Source: a virus
Lineage: Duplodnaviria > Caudoviricetes
DNA: 43,506 nt
Strand: one strand, 5' to 3'
Virus record (IMG/VR): IMGVR_UViG_3300025018_000242
Location: 1 to 43,506 of that record
Shown: piece after piece, positions 9,474-18,166 of the stretch
Numbering within the stretch: the first letter of the stretch is position 1
Layout: each line of letters begins with the position of its first letter
Program-made: the position numbers and the translations under genes
Notes under the pieces: generated by a model
Database searches by the model: none
What the model saw: only the letters and a program-made list of their open reading frames with translations
What the model was told of the DNA's origin: nothing

Positions 9474-9592
9474 ATCAGTTGCGTTAGGGTAGGTCTCCCC
9501 TTAACCGTCTTTAGCGCAATTGGTAGTGGTGGCGGCAGTTTGAGACCGTGTGACCTCCCAAGGCGTGTTTTGCTGCCGCCACCATTTCTTTT
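9474..9592 (+). ncRNA. Putative structured RNA: two long hairpins with CUCCC loops, ending in a U-rich tail
   Basis: 16-bp stem 9474-9489/9509-9524 (5 G-U pairs, no true mismatches) and 15-bp stem 9525-9539/9572-9586, followed by TCTTTT. Confidence 0.6.
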
Positions 9593-9611
9593 AATTAACA
9601 AGGAGAATGAA

Positions 9612-9968
9612 ATGCCGCTATACCGCAATCTCACTATGCGCCGGTTTCGCATAGGCCCTTTTGAGTTTTCAAACCATTTAGCGCATGTCTCTGAAGAAGA
9701 TAATGCCATGTTCCTTCAATTAGTTGCCCAGCTGCCTAACCGAGTGCTGGTCAATATTGTTGAAGTAAATGAGGAAGCTGCTGCTAAGCTAACGCGGCCC
9801 GTGCAGATAACTCGTGGGGCCTCTGGGGCTGATGGATTGCAAGAAACCAGCGAAGCCCGTGATAGGATCCTTGCGCAAGAGAGTTTGCGTAATAAGGTGC
9901 TTTCCGATAAGCCAGTAGAAAAATTATCCACTAACTCATCCGACACTAAAACGGCCAAACTGCAATGA
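9612..9968 (+). CDS. Hypothetical virion/head-completion protein (start revised from 9462)
   Basis: AAGGAG SD at 9600-9605 before ATG 9612; ATGA overlap with the next gene. Confidence 0.7.
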   Translation: MPLYRNLTMRRFRIGPFEFSNHLAHVSEEDNAMFLQLVAQLPNRVLVNIVEVNEEAAAKLTRPVQITRGASGADGLQETSEARDRILAQESLRNKVLSDKPVEKLSTNSSDTKTAKLQ

Positions 9969-10624
9969 CAACATTTTCTCGAATAGTTGATGAGTTGGCG
10001 CTGCAAGAGTTTAATCGGCCGCACATGAGGTCGGTTATTGCCTCGTATCTAAATCAAACTATTCGAGATGTCCATTTCAAAAAAGGTAATAATGCTTTAG
10101 TCCATTTCCCAGAGAACCGCAGAGAAGCTGAATTTTTAATTACCGATCTGCCGGCCCTTTGGCCCATTCCAAACCCGCCAGACTTTCAAGTAGTTGAAAC
10201 TATTTATAATAAAACATTAGGCCGGTATTTGGTGCAAAGAACACCAGCAAACGCCTTTGAGCTTAATACTGATCCGAATGAGCGGTTCTATTGGTATCGC
10301 ACTGGGGCCAGTATTGCGTTGAACGGCGTTAGCAGCGATCAAACCGTGTTAATCTCTTATTTCGAGTTTCCACGCCAGTTAGTTTATTTTGTGGATAATC
10401 AAGGACCGGCGGTTTGGGACCCGTTAAATCAGATATTCGTCCCTGACGACCCAGTGGCTGTTGCCCAAGTATCCAACTGGCTACTTCAACGCCACTCTGA
10501 GGCACTTAAAGAAGGGGTCCGTGCTAAGTTGTATCGAAGATTGGATAATGAAATTCAGTCGCGGTTATCGTGGTCAGAGTTTCAGGATGTGCGGGCAATG
10601 GTTCATTTCTCTGAGGGGGTGTAA
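9965..10624 (+). CDS. Head-tail adaptor / tail tubular protein A-like
   Basis: Size, position after the capsid gene, and helical termini with SNWLLQRH-type motif. Confidence 0.55.
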   Translation: MTTFSRIVDELALQEFNRPHMRSVIASYLNQTIRDVHFKKGNNALVHFPENRREAEFLITDLPALWPIPNPPDFQVVETIYNKTLGRYLVQRTPANAFELNTDPNERFYWYRTGASIALNGVSSDQTVLISYFEFPRQLVYFVDNQGPAVWDPLNQIFVPDDPVAVAQVSNWLLQRHSEALKEGVRAKLYRRLDNEIQSRLSWSEFQDVRAMVHFSEGV

Positions 10625-10629
10625 ATAGC

Positions 10630-11355
10630 ATGGAAGTTCCTAAGGTGGATGCGAGTTTCTTTGGCAACAGGTCTAAAGAAGCTTACGCAATTCAATCGCA
10701 CTTAAGATTGCTTGGGTTTGATCCTGGCCCGATAGATGGTATTTGGGGGATTAATTCACAAACTGCTTATGACCACTGGGTTAAGAGAAGCGCAGTAGCG
10801 GCAGCAGCAGCTTTAAACCCAATAAGCACTAAGCTTCAACTATTAACTACCGCAGAGGCCATTGAGATTTTTGGGCCGCCCGGGGTAGCCGTGGAGAACT
10901 CATTAGTCAAAATTAGGCTACCCTATGAAATGCACCTAGAATGGGCGCCACAAATTAAAATTAATCAAATACGGGTGCATCGGAAGTTAGCTAGTTTATT
11001 TACTTCGGTCTTTATGGGTATCAACGCGGCTTATTCGCAGGAAGAATTAACTGCACTGGGGCTTCGTGAGTTTTCAGGTGTATACAGTCATCGCAGGGTA
11101 ACTGGTGGAGCCTCTTGGTCCAAACATGCGTTTGGCATTGCCATTGACCTGTATGCTGAGAATAATGGGTTTAATGTTCCTTGGCATCGAGCGGCTTTTT
11201 CGCGCGCCGTATACGATCCTGTCCATCTAGCATTTGAGCGGGCCGGGTTTATTAACATTGGTAAAATCATAGGTAAAGACGCAATGCACTTTGAAATCAC
11301 AGCGTCGAAAGCGCGAACCTTGCGGGGTGATTTAGTGCAGTTTAGTGCAGTTTAG
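10630..11355 (+). CDS. Endolysin: peptidoglycan-binding domain plus M15 zinc peptidase
   Basis: LGFDPGPIDGIWG (PG_binding_1 signature); SKHAFGIAID and DAMHFE (M15 Zn ligands). Confidence 0.9.
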   Translation: MEVPKVDASFFGNRSKEAYAIQSHLRLLGFDPGPIDGIWGINSQTAYDHWVKRSAVAAAAALNPISTKLQLLTTAEAIEIFGPPGVAVENSLVKIRLPYEMHLEWAPQIKINQIRVHRKLASLFTSVFMGINAAYSQEELTALGLREFSGVYSHRRVTGGASWSKHAFGIAIDLYAENNGFNVPWHRAAFSRAVYDPVHLAFERAGFINIGKIIGKDAMHFEITASKARTLRGDLVQFSAV

Positions 11356-11370
11356 TGCAGCTTAGTGCAG
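11331..11370. repeat. Tandem repeat (T/C)TTAGTGCAG x4 spanning the endolysin stop
   Basis: Read directly. Confidence 0.95.
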
Positions 11371-11400
11371 CTTAAGTCAACTTAACTGAGGAGACTAAAA

Positions 11401-11592
11401 ATGGTTAATTCTTTCTTCTATCGCCTATTACAGGCAGCGCAAGAGCCTTCCTCTTGGGCTGGGATTGCAGCAATGCTAGGCAGTATTGGGCTGTTTGGAT
11501 TAAGCGGTGACATTTGGAGTCAAATTGCTTCAGCAGTCATGGCAGTTGCGGGCGCGTTAGCCCTAGTGCTTAAAGAGAAAAGCAATAAATAG
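11401..11592 (+). CDS. Holin (two TM segments)
   Basis: EPSSWAGI motif, two hydrophobic helices and basic C-terminus; next to the endolysin. Confidence 0.8.
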   Translation: MVNSFFYRLLQAAQEPSSWAGIAAMLGSIGLFGLSGDIWSQIASAVMAVAGALALVLKEKSNK

Positions 11593-11604
11593 TGGAATTG
11601 GACA

Positions 11605-11823
11605 GTGTTGAAAATCGCCGTCATCCTCTTGCAACTTATAATGGCTTATCTTAAAGCCAGAGAAAGAAGATTGCAAGAGGATGTGGCTGCGTCAAAGGCA
11701 TTAGGCGATGTCACAAGAGAGTTGGATCAAATTAGGCAGCGCGCCATTAATGCTAGGCTTGCTACTAGCGAGCGGTTGCGAGCAAATCCTACTGATCCCA
11801 AAGACCCCTTCCGCCTCGATTGA
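11605..11823 (+). CDS. Inner-membrane spanin (Rz-like)
   Basis: N-terminal hydrophobic anchor and coiled coil; overlaps the lipoprotein gene. Confidence 0.7.
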   Translation: MLKIAVILLQLIMAYLKARERRLQEDVAASKALGDVTRELDQIRQRAINARLATSERLRANPTDPKDPFRLD

Positions 11824-11962
11824 AGCTGAGGTATTAAAAGTAGTTTGCGAAGGATCATTTAAACCCATTCATTGGCGCACCACAACTGAGGAACCTACTA
11901 AAAGTGAGATCATTGAACACAATGCGGTTTGGCTGGAATTGTGTAAAGCGGGGGCTAACTGA
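11708..11962 (+). CDS. Outer-membrane spanin lipoprotein (Rz1-like)
   Basis: Lipobox LLASG-C; partial overlap with the i-spanin in another frame; HNAVW..C C-terminus. Confidence 0.75.
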   Translation: MSQESWIKLGSAPLMLGLLLASGCEQILLIPKTPSASIEAEVLKVVCEGSFKPIHWRTTTEEPTKSEIIEHNAVWLELCKAGAN

Positions 11963-12741
11963 TGGCTGGCATTAATAAAGTAGAAAATCAATTTATTGTG
12001 GAGCAAGAGCTTAAAAAAGCGGGTCTGCCCAGACTGGCTATTGCAGCTTTATTGGGGCGTATTGAGGCCGAGTCCGGTTTTGACCCGAGCGCAGCTAATG
12101 CCAAGGATCCTAATGGCGGGTCTTTCGGGATCTTTCAAGTTAACGGGTCGCGTAGGCGGGATTTAGAAAGATTTGCCGCAAAGAAAGGTTCAGATCCTAC
12201 AGACATTCGAACGCAAACGCAGGCTTTGGTTGCTGAGATTAAAGGTGAGTTGGGGACCGAAGGCAATAATGGCAAGCGGCTATTAGATGCTAAAAGCCCC
12301 GAAGATGCCGCGGAAGCCGTAATGGGTTTAGCACGTCCGGCGGGGTTTACAAGAAATAATCCGCGCGGCGGCTTAGGATTTAAAAAAACGCTTGATGGGA
12401 CGAAAGAGTATATTCAAGCTACTAATCAGTTAGAGGGCACCGAGACTTCGCCGTTTTCAGATGGGTTTAATTTATCTAACCTGTCTACCCGCGGAAACGA
12501 CGAAACTACACCTGCCGCACCGCAAGACACTGGCCCGCTCGCTACATTAGACCGATTGCTTTTAGGGGTAACTGGGGCATTAGCAGGTGCTGGTAAAGCC
12601 ATTGCGGGGACCGAAATAGGTAATGACACAGTTACCCCAGCTAGAATTGACACTAGTTTAATAAATAGACAAGCCCCCTCGATTTCTAATTTCTTACGCA
12701 CTCTGCCGGGCGTTGGACTTCAGCAGATTAATCAGAAGTAA
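11962..12741 (+). CDS. Virion-associated lysozyme (phage tail lysozyme type), probable ejection protein
   Basis: AALLGRIEAESGFDP...GSFGIFQ...RR motif of tail lysozymes; Gly/Ala-rich C-terminal part. Confidence 0.8.
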   Translation: MAGINKVENQFIVEQELKKAGLPRLAIAALLGRIEAESGFDPSAANAKDPNGGSFGIFQVNGSRRRDLERFAAKKGSDPTDIRTQTQALVAEIKGELGTEGNNGKRLLDAKSPEDAAEAVMGLARPAGFTRNNPRGGLGFKKTLDGTKEYIQATNQLEGTETSPFSDGFNLSNLSTRGNDETTPAAPQDTGPLATLDRLLLGVTGALAGAGKAIAGTEIGNDTVTPARIDTSLINRQAPSISNFLRTLPGVGLQQINQK

Positions 12742-12757
12742 AGGACGGGAAAGTAGC

Positions 12758-14767
12758 ATGGCTGATTTCATTAACGACACCGAGCAGTTTCAATTAGCTT
12801 CAACTATTACCTGGGCTAAGCTTTTAGTTAGACTTAGGGAATTGCGTAAGCAGGTTGATGTAATTCAAGCGTCTGCGTCAGACTCTAATTTCTTTGCGCC
12901 ATTAAGTGCGTTAAATTGGGAGAAACTGCAAGTTGAGGTAAAGGCACTGGAGGCTGATATCAATGCCTTACAGCCTCCAGAACTAGCTGTGAAGCGATTT
13001 AACTTAGACTCCTCACTGGAGTGGAATAAACTGCTGGCAGCGTTAAAAGCTATTGAAGCTATTATGCCCAGTTTAGGTGGCGGTATTCCGGTAGATCCTC
13101 CATTGGATCCTCCAGCAGCACCTCAAGTAATAACCCCACCAGTATTCTTAACCCAACCAGTGGTTGGCGATATTATTTCAGTAACCGCTGCGGAGTTCTC
13201 TGGTTTACCCGTGCCAGTATCAACTGTAGATGGATGGTGGCGCGGCGATCCGGCTGTAGACGGTTTATTAATTGGGGCTGAAACTAATCAAAACGCAGTA
13301 TTAGCGGCTTCTTTAGAAGGCTTGGGTGCAATCACATTAGATGTCTCTGACCTGTCGTCAATGTTTCAAGATGACGCGGGGACAATACCTGTTACAGCTG
13401 ATGGGCAATTAGTCAGAAAAATGATTGATACTAGTTCCGGCACCGTGTGGACTAGACCGTCTGGGGCAACTGAGAGTTTTATATTCCGTGATATGGTAGG
13501 AATAAGATGGTTGGAAAAAACTGGTCCTGCCGCAACGCTGGAAACCCCATTTAGTGCAGCAGTTTCGGCCCCAGCCTTTTCAGCATTTCTTGCGGTAAAC
13601 GCAAACAGCACAGGAAATTTTCCAAATATCCTAGGGGTTTCTCCTGCTGCAACGGGGATCTCTCTAATTCTCAATTCAACATTACGGCAATTACGCCCAG
13701 CCGCGTATCAGTCTAGCGGAGTGAAAGTAATAAGTGGCTCAGTGGTTCCACTTAATACTAACATCTCGCTTGGAATAGTCTATAACCGCGCGGCATTAAC
13801 ATTAGATGGGTATATTAATGGTGTGCAAAATATTACTGTTGCTGTGGCTAATGAAAATTTGGTTCCGGCAACTTCCCATCAATTACTTATAGGGAACGCC
13901 ACAGACCCATTACGCAGTTTTGACAGCAAATTCTTTGGCTTAGTAATGATGGCTGCTGCACCAACTGCGCAGCAACTTGCCGATATTCAAAAATGGCTCG
14001 ACGCCAGATACCTAGGAGAAGCATCAGATCGTCAAGTGCCTAGTCTTTCGTATGATGCTCCTATTGCTCCTGACTATGGAAAGAACTTAGCTGTTGGCAT
14101 TACAGCTACAAACTCGGAAGGCTCAATTACATCAATAGGTCTCTCACAAAAAACAGCTTGGCGCCGACAGGAATTTTGGAATGCCGGGTTAAGTGAATAC
14201 TCTACCGTGTCGGCATCTACTGCCTGGGAGATTGTTGCAGATGTCGATGCTCCAGCAGGTAATGCCCTTTCTCTTTGGCAAAGTAGCCCGGCTAATACCG
14301 GGGCTTCTGCGAATATTGAACGCCAGTTGGCCTTGCTATCGGGTGCTGAGTCTGTGGATATACTATTGTTAATAAAAACCCCGCCAACTGCCGCGCGCTC
14401 TTTCATATCGTTGCGAAGAAATCTCGATTTAGATGGAACTGGAGTGGGCTTTCGGTTAAACACTTTATACCATAAACGTGATGGGGATAACCGCGATCTT
14501 GCCGGAGTAACTTTTGGGTCATATCTTGATAATACTGTGTATTCTGTTCGTTTGACGGTTGAAGGTAATAGGAGCATTGTAAAAGTCTGGCGGCCAATTG
14601 ATCCTGAACCGCTTTCCGGTCAGAATTTTTATAATTCGATTACTGAAGTGGCCCCATTTGAAGTTGGCGGGGTAGTATTTGGCAATGCCTTGGCTACGAC
14701 TACAGAAAACCGGTTTAAAATACTGGCTTGGAGTATTGGCATGAACACTGAAGCGCTCCCGGTTTAA
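12758..14767 (+). CDS. Tail/virion adhesin: triplicated N-terminal anchor, Ig-like and LamG/ConA-like lectin domains (start revised from 12713)
   Basis: Three W-containing 35-aa repeats, Pro-rich linker, DLSSMFQDDAGTIPVTADGQ motif and beta-rich LamG-like region. Confidence 0.65.
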   Translation: MADFINDTEQFQLASTITWAKLLVRLRELRKQVDVIQASASDSNFFAPLSALNWEKLQVEVKALEADINALQPPELAVKRFNLDSSLEWNKLLAALKAIEAIMPSLGGGIPVDPPLDPPAAPQVITPPVFLTQPVVGDIISVTAAEFSGLPVPVSTVDGWWRGDPAVDGLLIGAETNQNAVLAASLEGLGAITLDVSDLSSMFQDDAGTIPVTADGQLVRKMIDTSSGTVWTRPSGATESFIFRDMVGIRWLEKTGPAATLETPFSAAVSAPAFSAFLAVNANSTGNFPNILGVSPAATGISLILNSTLRQLRPAAYQSSGVKVISGSVVPLNTNISLGIVYNRAALTLDGYINGVQNITVAVANENLVPATSHQLLIGNATDPLRSFDSKFFGLVMMAAAPTAQQLADIQKWLDARYLGEASDRQVPSLSYDAPIAPDYGKNLAVGITATNSEGSITSIGLSQKTAWRRQEFWNAGLSEYSTVSASTAWEIVADVDAPAGNALSLWQSSPANTGASANIERQLALLSGAESVDILLLIKTPPTAARSFISLRRNLDLDGTGVGFRLNTLYHKRDGDNRDLAGVTFGSYLDNTVYSVRLTVEGNRSIVKVWRPIDPEPLSGQNFYNSITEVAPFEVGGVVFGNALATTTENRFKILAWSIGMNTEALPV

Positions 14768-14771
14768 TCTA

Positions 14772-15092
14772 ATGGCAAAAGATACCCTCATTCAGAGTAT
14801 TAAAGATAACGGGCTAACCGTGGCAATTGGGACTATTGTCTCAGGTTTAATTATTGCCGCATGGAAAACGTTTAAGCGCGCAATGACAAGCGAAGCAGCG
14901 GTTAAGCAAATGACTGCCCAATTTCATAAAGGATTGGAAGATCTGCAACACACAATGCAGCAGCAGGAGATCCGTCAAAAGGATTTACGGGATGATGACC
15001 GTAGTGAATTAAGCAAGCAGATGGAAATGGTGCATCAGGATCTTCGTGAGTTGAGAAATTATATAATGCAAGGGCAGGGCCGCCGGGAATAA
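14772..15092 (+). CDS. Membrane protein (one TM plus coiled coil), holin-like
   Basis: Hydrophobic segment LTVAIGTIVSGLIIAAW followed by a charged coiled coil. Confidence 0.6.
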   Translation: MAKDTLIQSIKDNGLTVAIGTIVSGLIIAAWKTFKRAMTSEAAVKQMTAQFHKGLEDLQHTMQQQEIRQKDLRDDDRSELSKQMEMVHQDLRELRNYIMQGQGRRE

Positions 15093-15137
15093 TTAGGTGC
15101 ATTTGCTGCGCCTGATGGCAACTAGAGGGAGCTAACT

Positions 15138-17315
15138 ATGACAAGTTTTATCGATAACCCAAATCGCTTTAAGCTTATTAGCAGCGAGGACTGGTTTCGC
15201 CTCATTAATGATTTACAAGAATTAGACTCTAATGTTAATACCGTCGTTAGTGGCGTTGGAGATATTGGAGCCGCTAGGGATCAAGCTGCCGGGAGTGCTG
15301 CCAGTGCGGCCATTTCAGCAGCTTCCGCCATTCAAAGTAAAGACGCCGCAAGCATTTCAGCCGCAGCCACAAATGCCGCAATCGTAACGGCCGGTAATAG
15401 TGAGTCTAATGCCGCAGTCAGTGAAGCAAATGCCGCGAGTAGCGCGTCGATAGCATTAGCTGCGCAAAATGCCATTGCCTCATTAAACCCATCTGCTGCA
15501 ACGGTTCCTCCAGGTTTTCCAGTTACAGTTTTTTACAATCCAGCAACTGGCGCATTAGATTTTGAAATCCCGCAGGGCGCTACTGGCGCAATTGGGCCAC
15601 AAGGCATTCAAGGCATTCAAGGCATTCAAGGGGCCACAGGCACTACTGGAGCAACCGGGACTGGGATTACCCCAAAAGGCACAGTAGCCACTTCAGCTAA
15701 TTTACCCGGCGGTGCAGTTCAGGGCGATGCGTATGTGACTGATGATTTAGTGCAATTGTGGGTTTGGTCCGCAGGTGCTTGGGTAAACTTTGGAGCTATT
15801 CAAGGGCCTGCTGGGCCACAGGGTATTCAGGGCATTCAAGGTAATGTAGGTGCTACAGGGCCTGCTGGGGATATTACTGCCACTGACCCAATAGTTGGCC
15901 GCGATTGGTTAAGTGTGGCCCAAAAGCAGGCGAGTTTAACTGACAGCACTACAGGGAAAGGATTATTAGTTGGGGCCTTTGGGTTAGGGGCGCAGACGCT
16001 GTCTACTGTTGGCGACATTAGTAATACATCCCCGCCACTTCGCAATGGCTGGTGGCGATATGCCTTTCCTGAAGGCTCTTTGGGCGGGCCAGCAGGTGTA
16101 TCGGGAGGGGTATTATTAAATAACTTTAGAGACACTTTAGTGGGTTCGCAGTTGCTAATTGCCGACGTTCCTATAACTTTTAAGGGGAAGGTGTATTCAC
16201 GAGCATTTGCAAATACTGCTTGGTCAGCTTGGCGTGAAGTTGCTCAATTTACAAATGATGGAAAACTTGGAATTGGCACAGATGCCCCAACTGAAAAACT
16301 AGAAGTGCTTGGGAACATTAAAGCAAACCAGGGCGGATTTATTTCGGATACTACTAATTTTGGTTTCTTTTCTAATGGTGCGAATGTCGGGCCGATCCAC
16401 CGTTTCCCGGGCCGAGCGTTTATCGGTGAGTCATATGACTTTGCTGGGGCCACTGCTGGGGATAATGGGGTTACTGGATCATGGGTGCAATCTGGAGATG
16501 GGGCGACTGATACCTTTCCTACCGGCAATCGGTGGCAATGGATTGAAACTCAGGCAGTCCTCGCGGCAACTAATTCAGCGTCTGGCCAAGGGGCAATTGC
16601 GCTAAGCGGAGCTGGCATATCTAATAATGTCAGTAAAAGCGGGTTTGGTGTTGTCGGGGTTAGCCGAATGGCAACTACGGTTGACGCCACTGGTGAAGCT
16701 CGCGGGGCATACTTTGAAGCGGTTAGGGCAGCTAACACAGTTAATAAGGGGGCTGTCTGGGGGGTTGAAGTTATATGCTTTAACTTCGCAGGAGACAATG
16801 GCGTTAATAGTGTAACTCCGAGTAATCTTGGAACCGCCGGTTTTACAAAGGGAGTTAAAATCGGCGCGGGCGATGGCACGGCTATTTCATATCCAATTGA
16901 TGTTGGGTTGCAATTCACTGGGCTTCGAGGCGCTCAAGGCGCTAAGATGTATGCAGGAATTGTCATGGATAAAGACCTGCTAGAACTTGTTGTAGTGCCA
17001 AACTTGTTTAACGTGGGCCGCGCCATAATGCTTGCTGGTAACCAGGCAATTACTTTTGATGACGCTAATGGCGTGCAAACCTCTATGATCTTTGGATCTC
17101 CGGCTACTGGCAATTTAAACATTGCGGGGCTTGCAGACATCGTGCTATTCAGCGGTGGGGCGGCGCCTACTTTAAATATTCGCGCAAATCGGGCGGTTCG
17201 GTTTACACCTCTTGCCAGCGCACCTTCTGCCCCATTGCCCGGAGATACTTATTATGACTCAACTTTAAAGAAAATGCGGACTTATGATGGCACTGTGTGG
17301 AACGACCACTGGTAA
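15138..17315 (+). CDS. Tail fibre with collagen-like repeats
   Basis: Ala/Ser-rich coiled shaft, GXY repeats (GPQGIQGIQG), knob-like WSAWRE segment, GIGTDAPTEKLEVLGNI repeat and GDTYYDS..YDGTVW end. Confidence 0.88.
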   Translation: MTSFIDNPNRFKLISSEDWFRLINDLQELDSNVNTVVSGVGDIGAARDQAAGSAASAAISAASAIQSKDAASISAAATNAAIVTAGNSESNAAVSEANAASSASIALAAQNAIASLNPSAATVPPGFPVTVFYNPATGALDFEIPQGATGAIGPQGIQGIQGIQGATGTTGATGTGITPKGTVATSANLPGGAVQGDAYVTDDLVQLWVWSAGAWVNFGAIQGPAGPQGIQGIQGNVGATGPAGDITATDPIVGRDWLSVAQKQASLTDSTTGKGLLVGAFGLGAQTLSTVGDISNTSPPLRNGWWRYAFPEGSLGGPAGVSGGVLLNNFRDTLVGSQLLIADVPITFKGKVYSRAFANTAWSAWREVAQFTNDGKLGIGTDAPTEKLEVLGNIKANQGGFISDTTNFGFFSNGANVGPIHRFPGRAFIGESYDFAGATAGDNGVTGSWVQSGDGATDTFPTGNRWQWIETQAVLAATNSASGQGAIALSGAGISNNVSKSGFGVVGVSRMATTVDATGEARGAYFEAVRAANTVNKGAVWGVEVICFNFAGDNGVNSVTPSNLGTAGFTKGVKIGAGDGTAISYPIDVGLQFTGLRGAQGAKMYAGIVMDKDLLELVVVPNLFNVGRAIMLAGNQAITFDDANGVQTSMIFGSPATGNLNIAGLADIVLFSGGAAPTLNIRANRAVRFTPLASAPSAPLPGDTYYDSTLKKMRTYDGTVWNDHW

Positions 17316-17327
17316 TGGAGAAAGTTA

Positions 17328-17525
17328 ATGTTAAATAGCGGGCCAAACCGTTTCAGGCTTTCAAATGTAAAAGACCCAAATGCTCTCCAGCGGGATCTAT
17401 TGGAGATGGATAATATATTAAGACTGCTTATCGCGCAGCTGGAGGGGCTTCAGCTAGTTACTGATAACTTGGATGTGCGAGTAACTAATTTGGAGGCGCG
17501 AGTAACTGCCCTAGAGACCCCATAA
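17328..17525 (+). CDS. Mini-fibre: anchor motif plus short coiled coil (65 aa)
   Basis: PNRFRL N-terminus paralogous to the tail fibre; LEARVTALE heptads; GGAG SD. Confidence 0.7.
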   Translation: MLNSGPNRFRLSNVKDPNALQRDLLEMDNILRLLIAQLEGLQLVTDNLDVRVTNLEARVTALETP

Positions 17526-17548
17526 GGAGACCCCATAAGGAGGCTAAT

Positions 17549-18151
17549 ATGGTTCTGCCATTCCTATCAACACGTTTCTTTCAAGCCCCTTCGCAGGCAT
17601 TGGGTCTAACTATTAACGCGCCAACCTCATTCATTGCAGTTGGGGACTGTATTATTCTAGTGCAGTCAGTAGATGCCCCGACAATGCCATTGCTGCAAAG
17701 TGGGTTTACTTCATTGCTTACAAGATTTCAAGAAGGATTTGATTTTGAAGGGGCTCCTGACGGGACCGGGAAAGCTATTAGAATATCAACTAAAATAGCA
17801 ACTGCCTTGGATATTGGAGCCGTTTATCCAAATCAAACCAATGTCTCTATTTTACGCAGGACAGCTGGAGTTAATTTAGCCTTTAGCGTCAAGGGAGCGG
17901 GAAGCTTTGATACATCTATTTATACCAGACCAGTTGGTGCTGCATATGTTGCGGTTCGAGATAATGCTATCCCTAGTAGTTCAACTGTTGATGGGATCGG
18001 GTCCAATACTGAAATAGTTACCAGCGGGGGTTTCCAAGCGCGGGTGGCATTGTGGTCCGGTGATTTTTGGCCCAATACGATTAACCTCGCGGCGGGGTCT
18101 ACTTCCGGAAGTCAAATTAAAAGTTGGTTAATCGTGTCAAAAGAAACCTGA
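17549..18151 (+). CDS. Putative tail appendage / fibre-tip protein
   Basis: AAGGAGG SD; beta-rich; located in the tail module. Confidence 0.55.
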   Translation: MVLPFLSTRFFQAPSQALGLTINAPTSFIAVGDCIILVQSVDAPTMPLLQSGFTSLLTRFQEGFDFEGAPDGTGKAIRISTKIATALDIGAVYPNQTNVSILRRTAGVNLAFSVKGAGSFDTSIYTRPVGAAYVAVRDNAIPSSSTVDGIGSNTEIVTSGGFQARVALWSGDFWPNTINLAAGSTSGSQIKSWLIVSKET

Positions 18152-18166
18152 TCGAAAGGGCTTGAA

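Noticed and set aside
9462-9611. N-terminal extension of the 9462-9968 ORF
   Set aside because: It runs through the RNA hairpins; the real SD and ATG are at 9600-9614.
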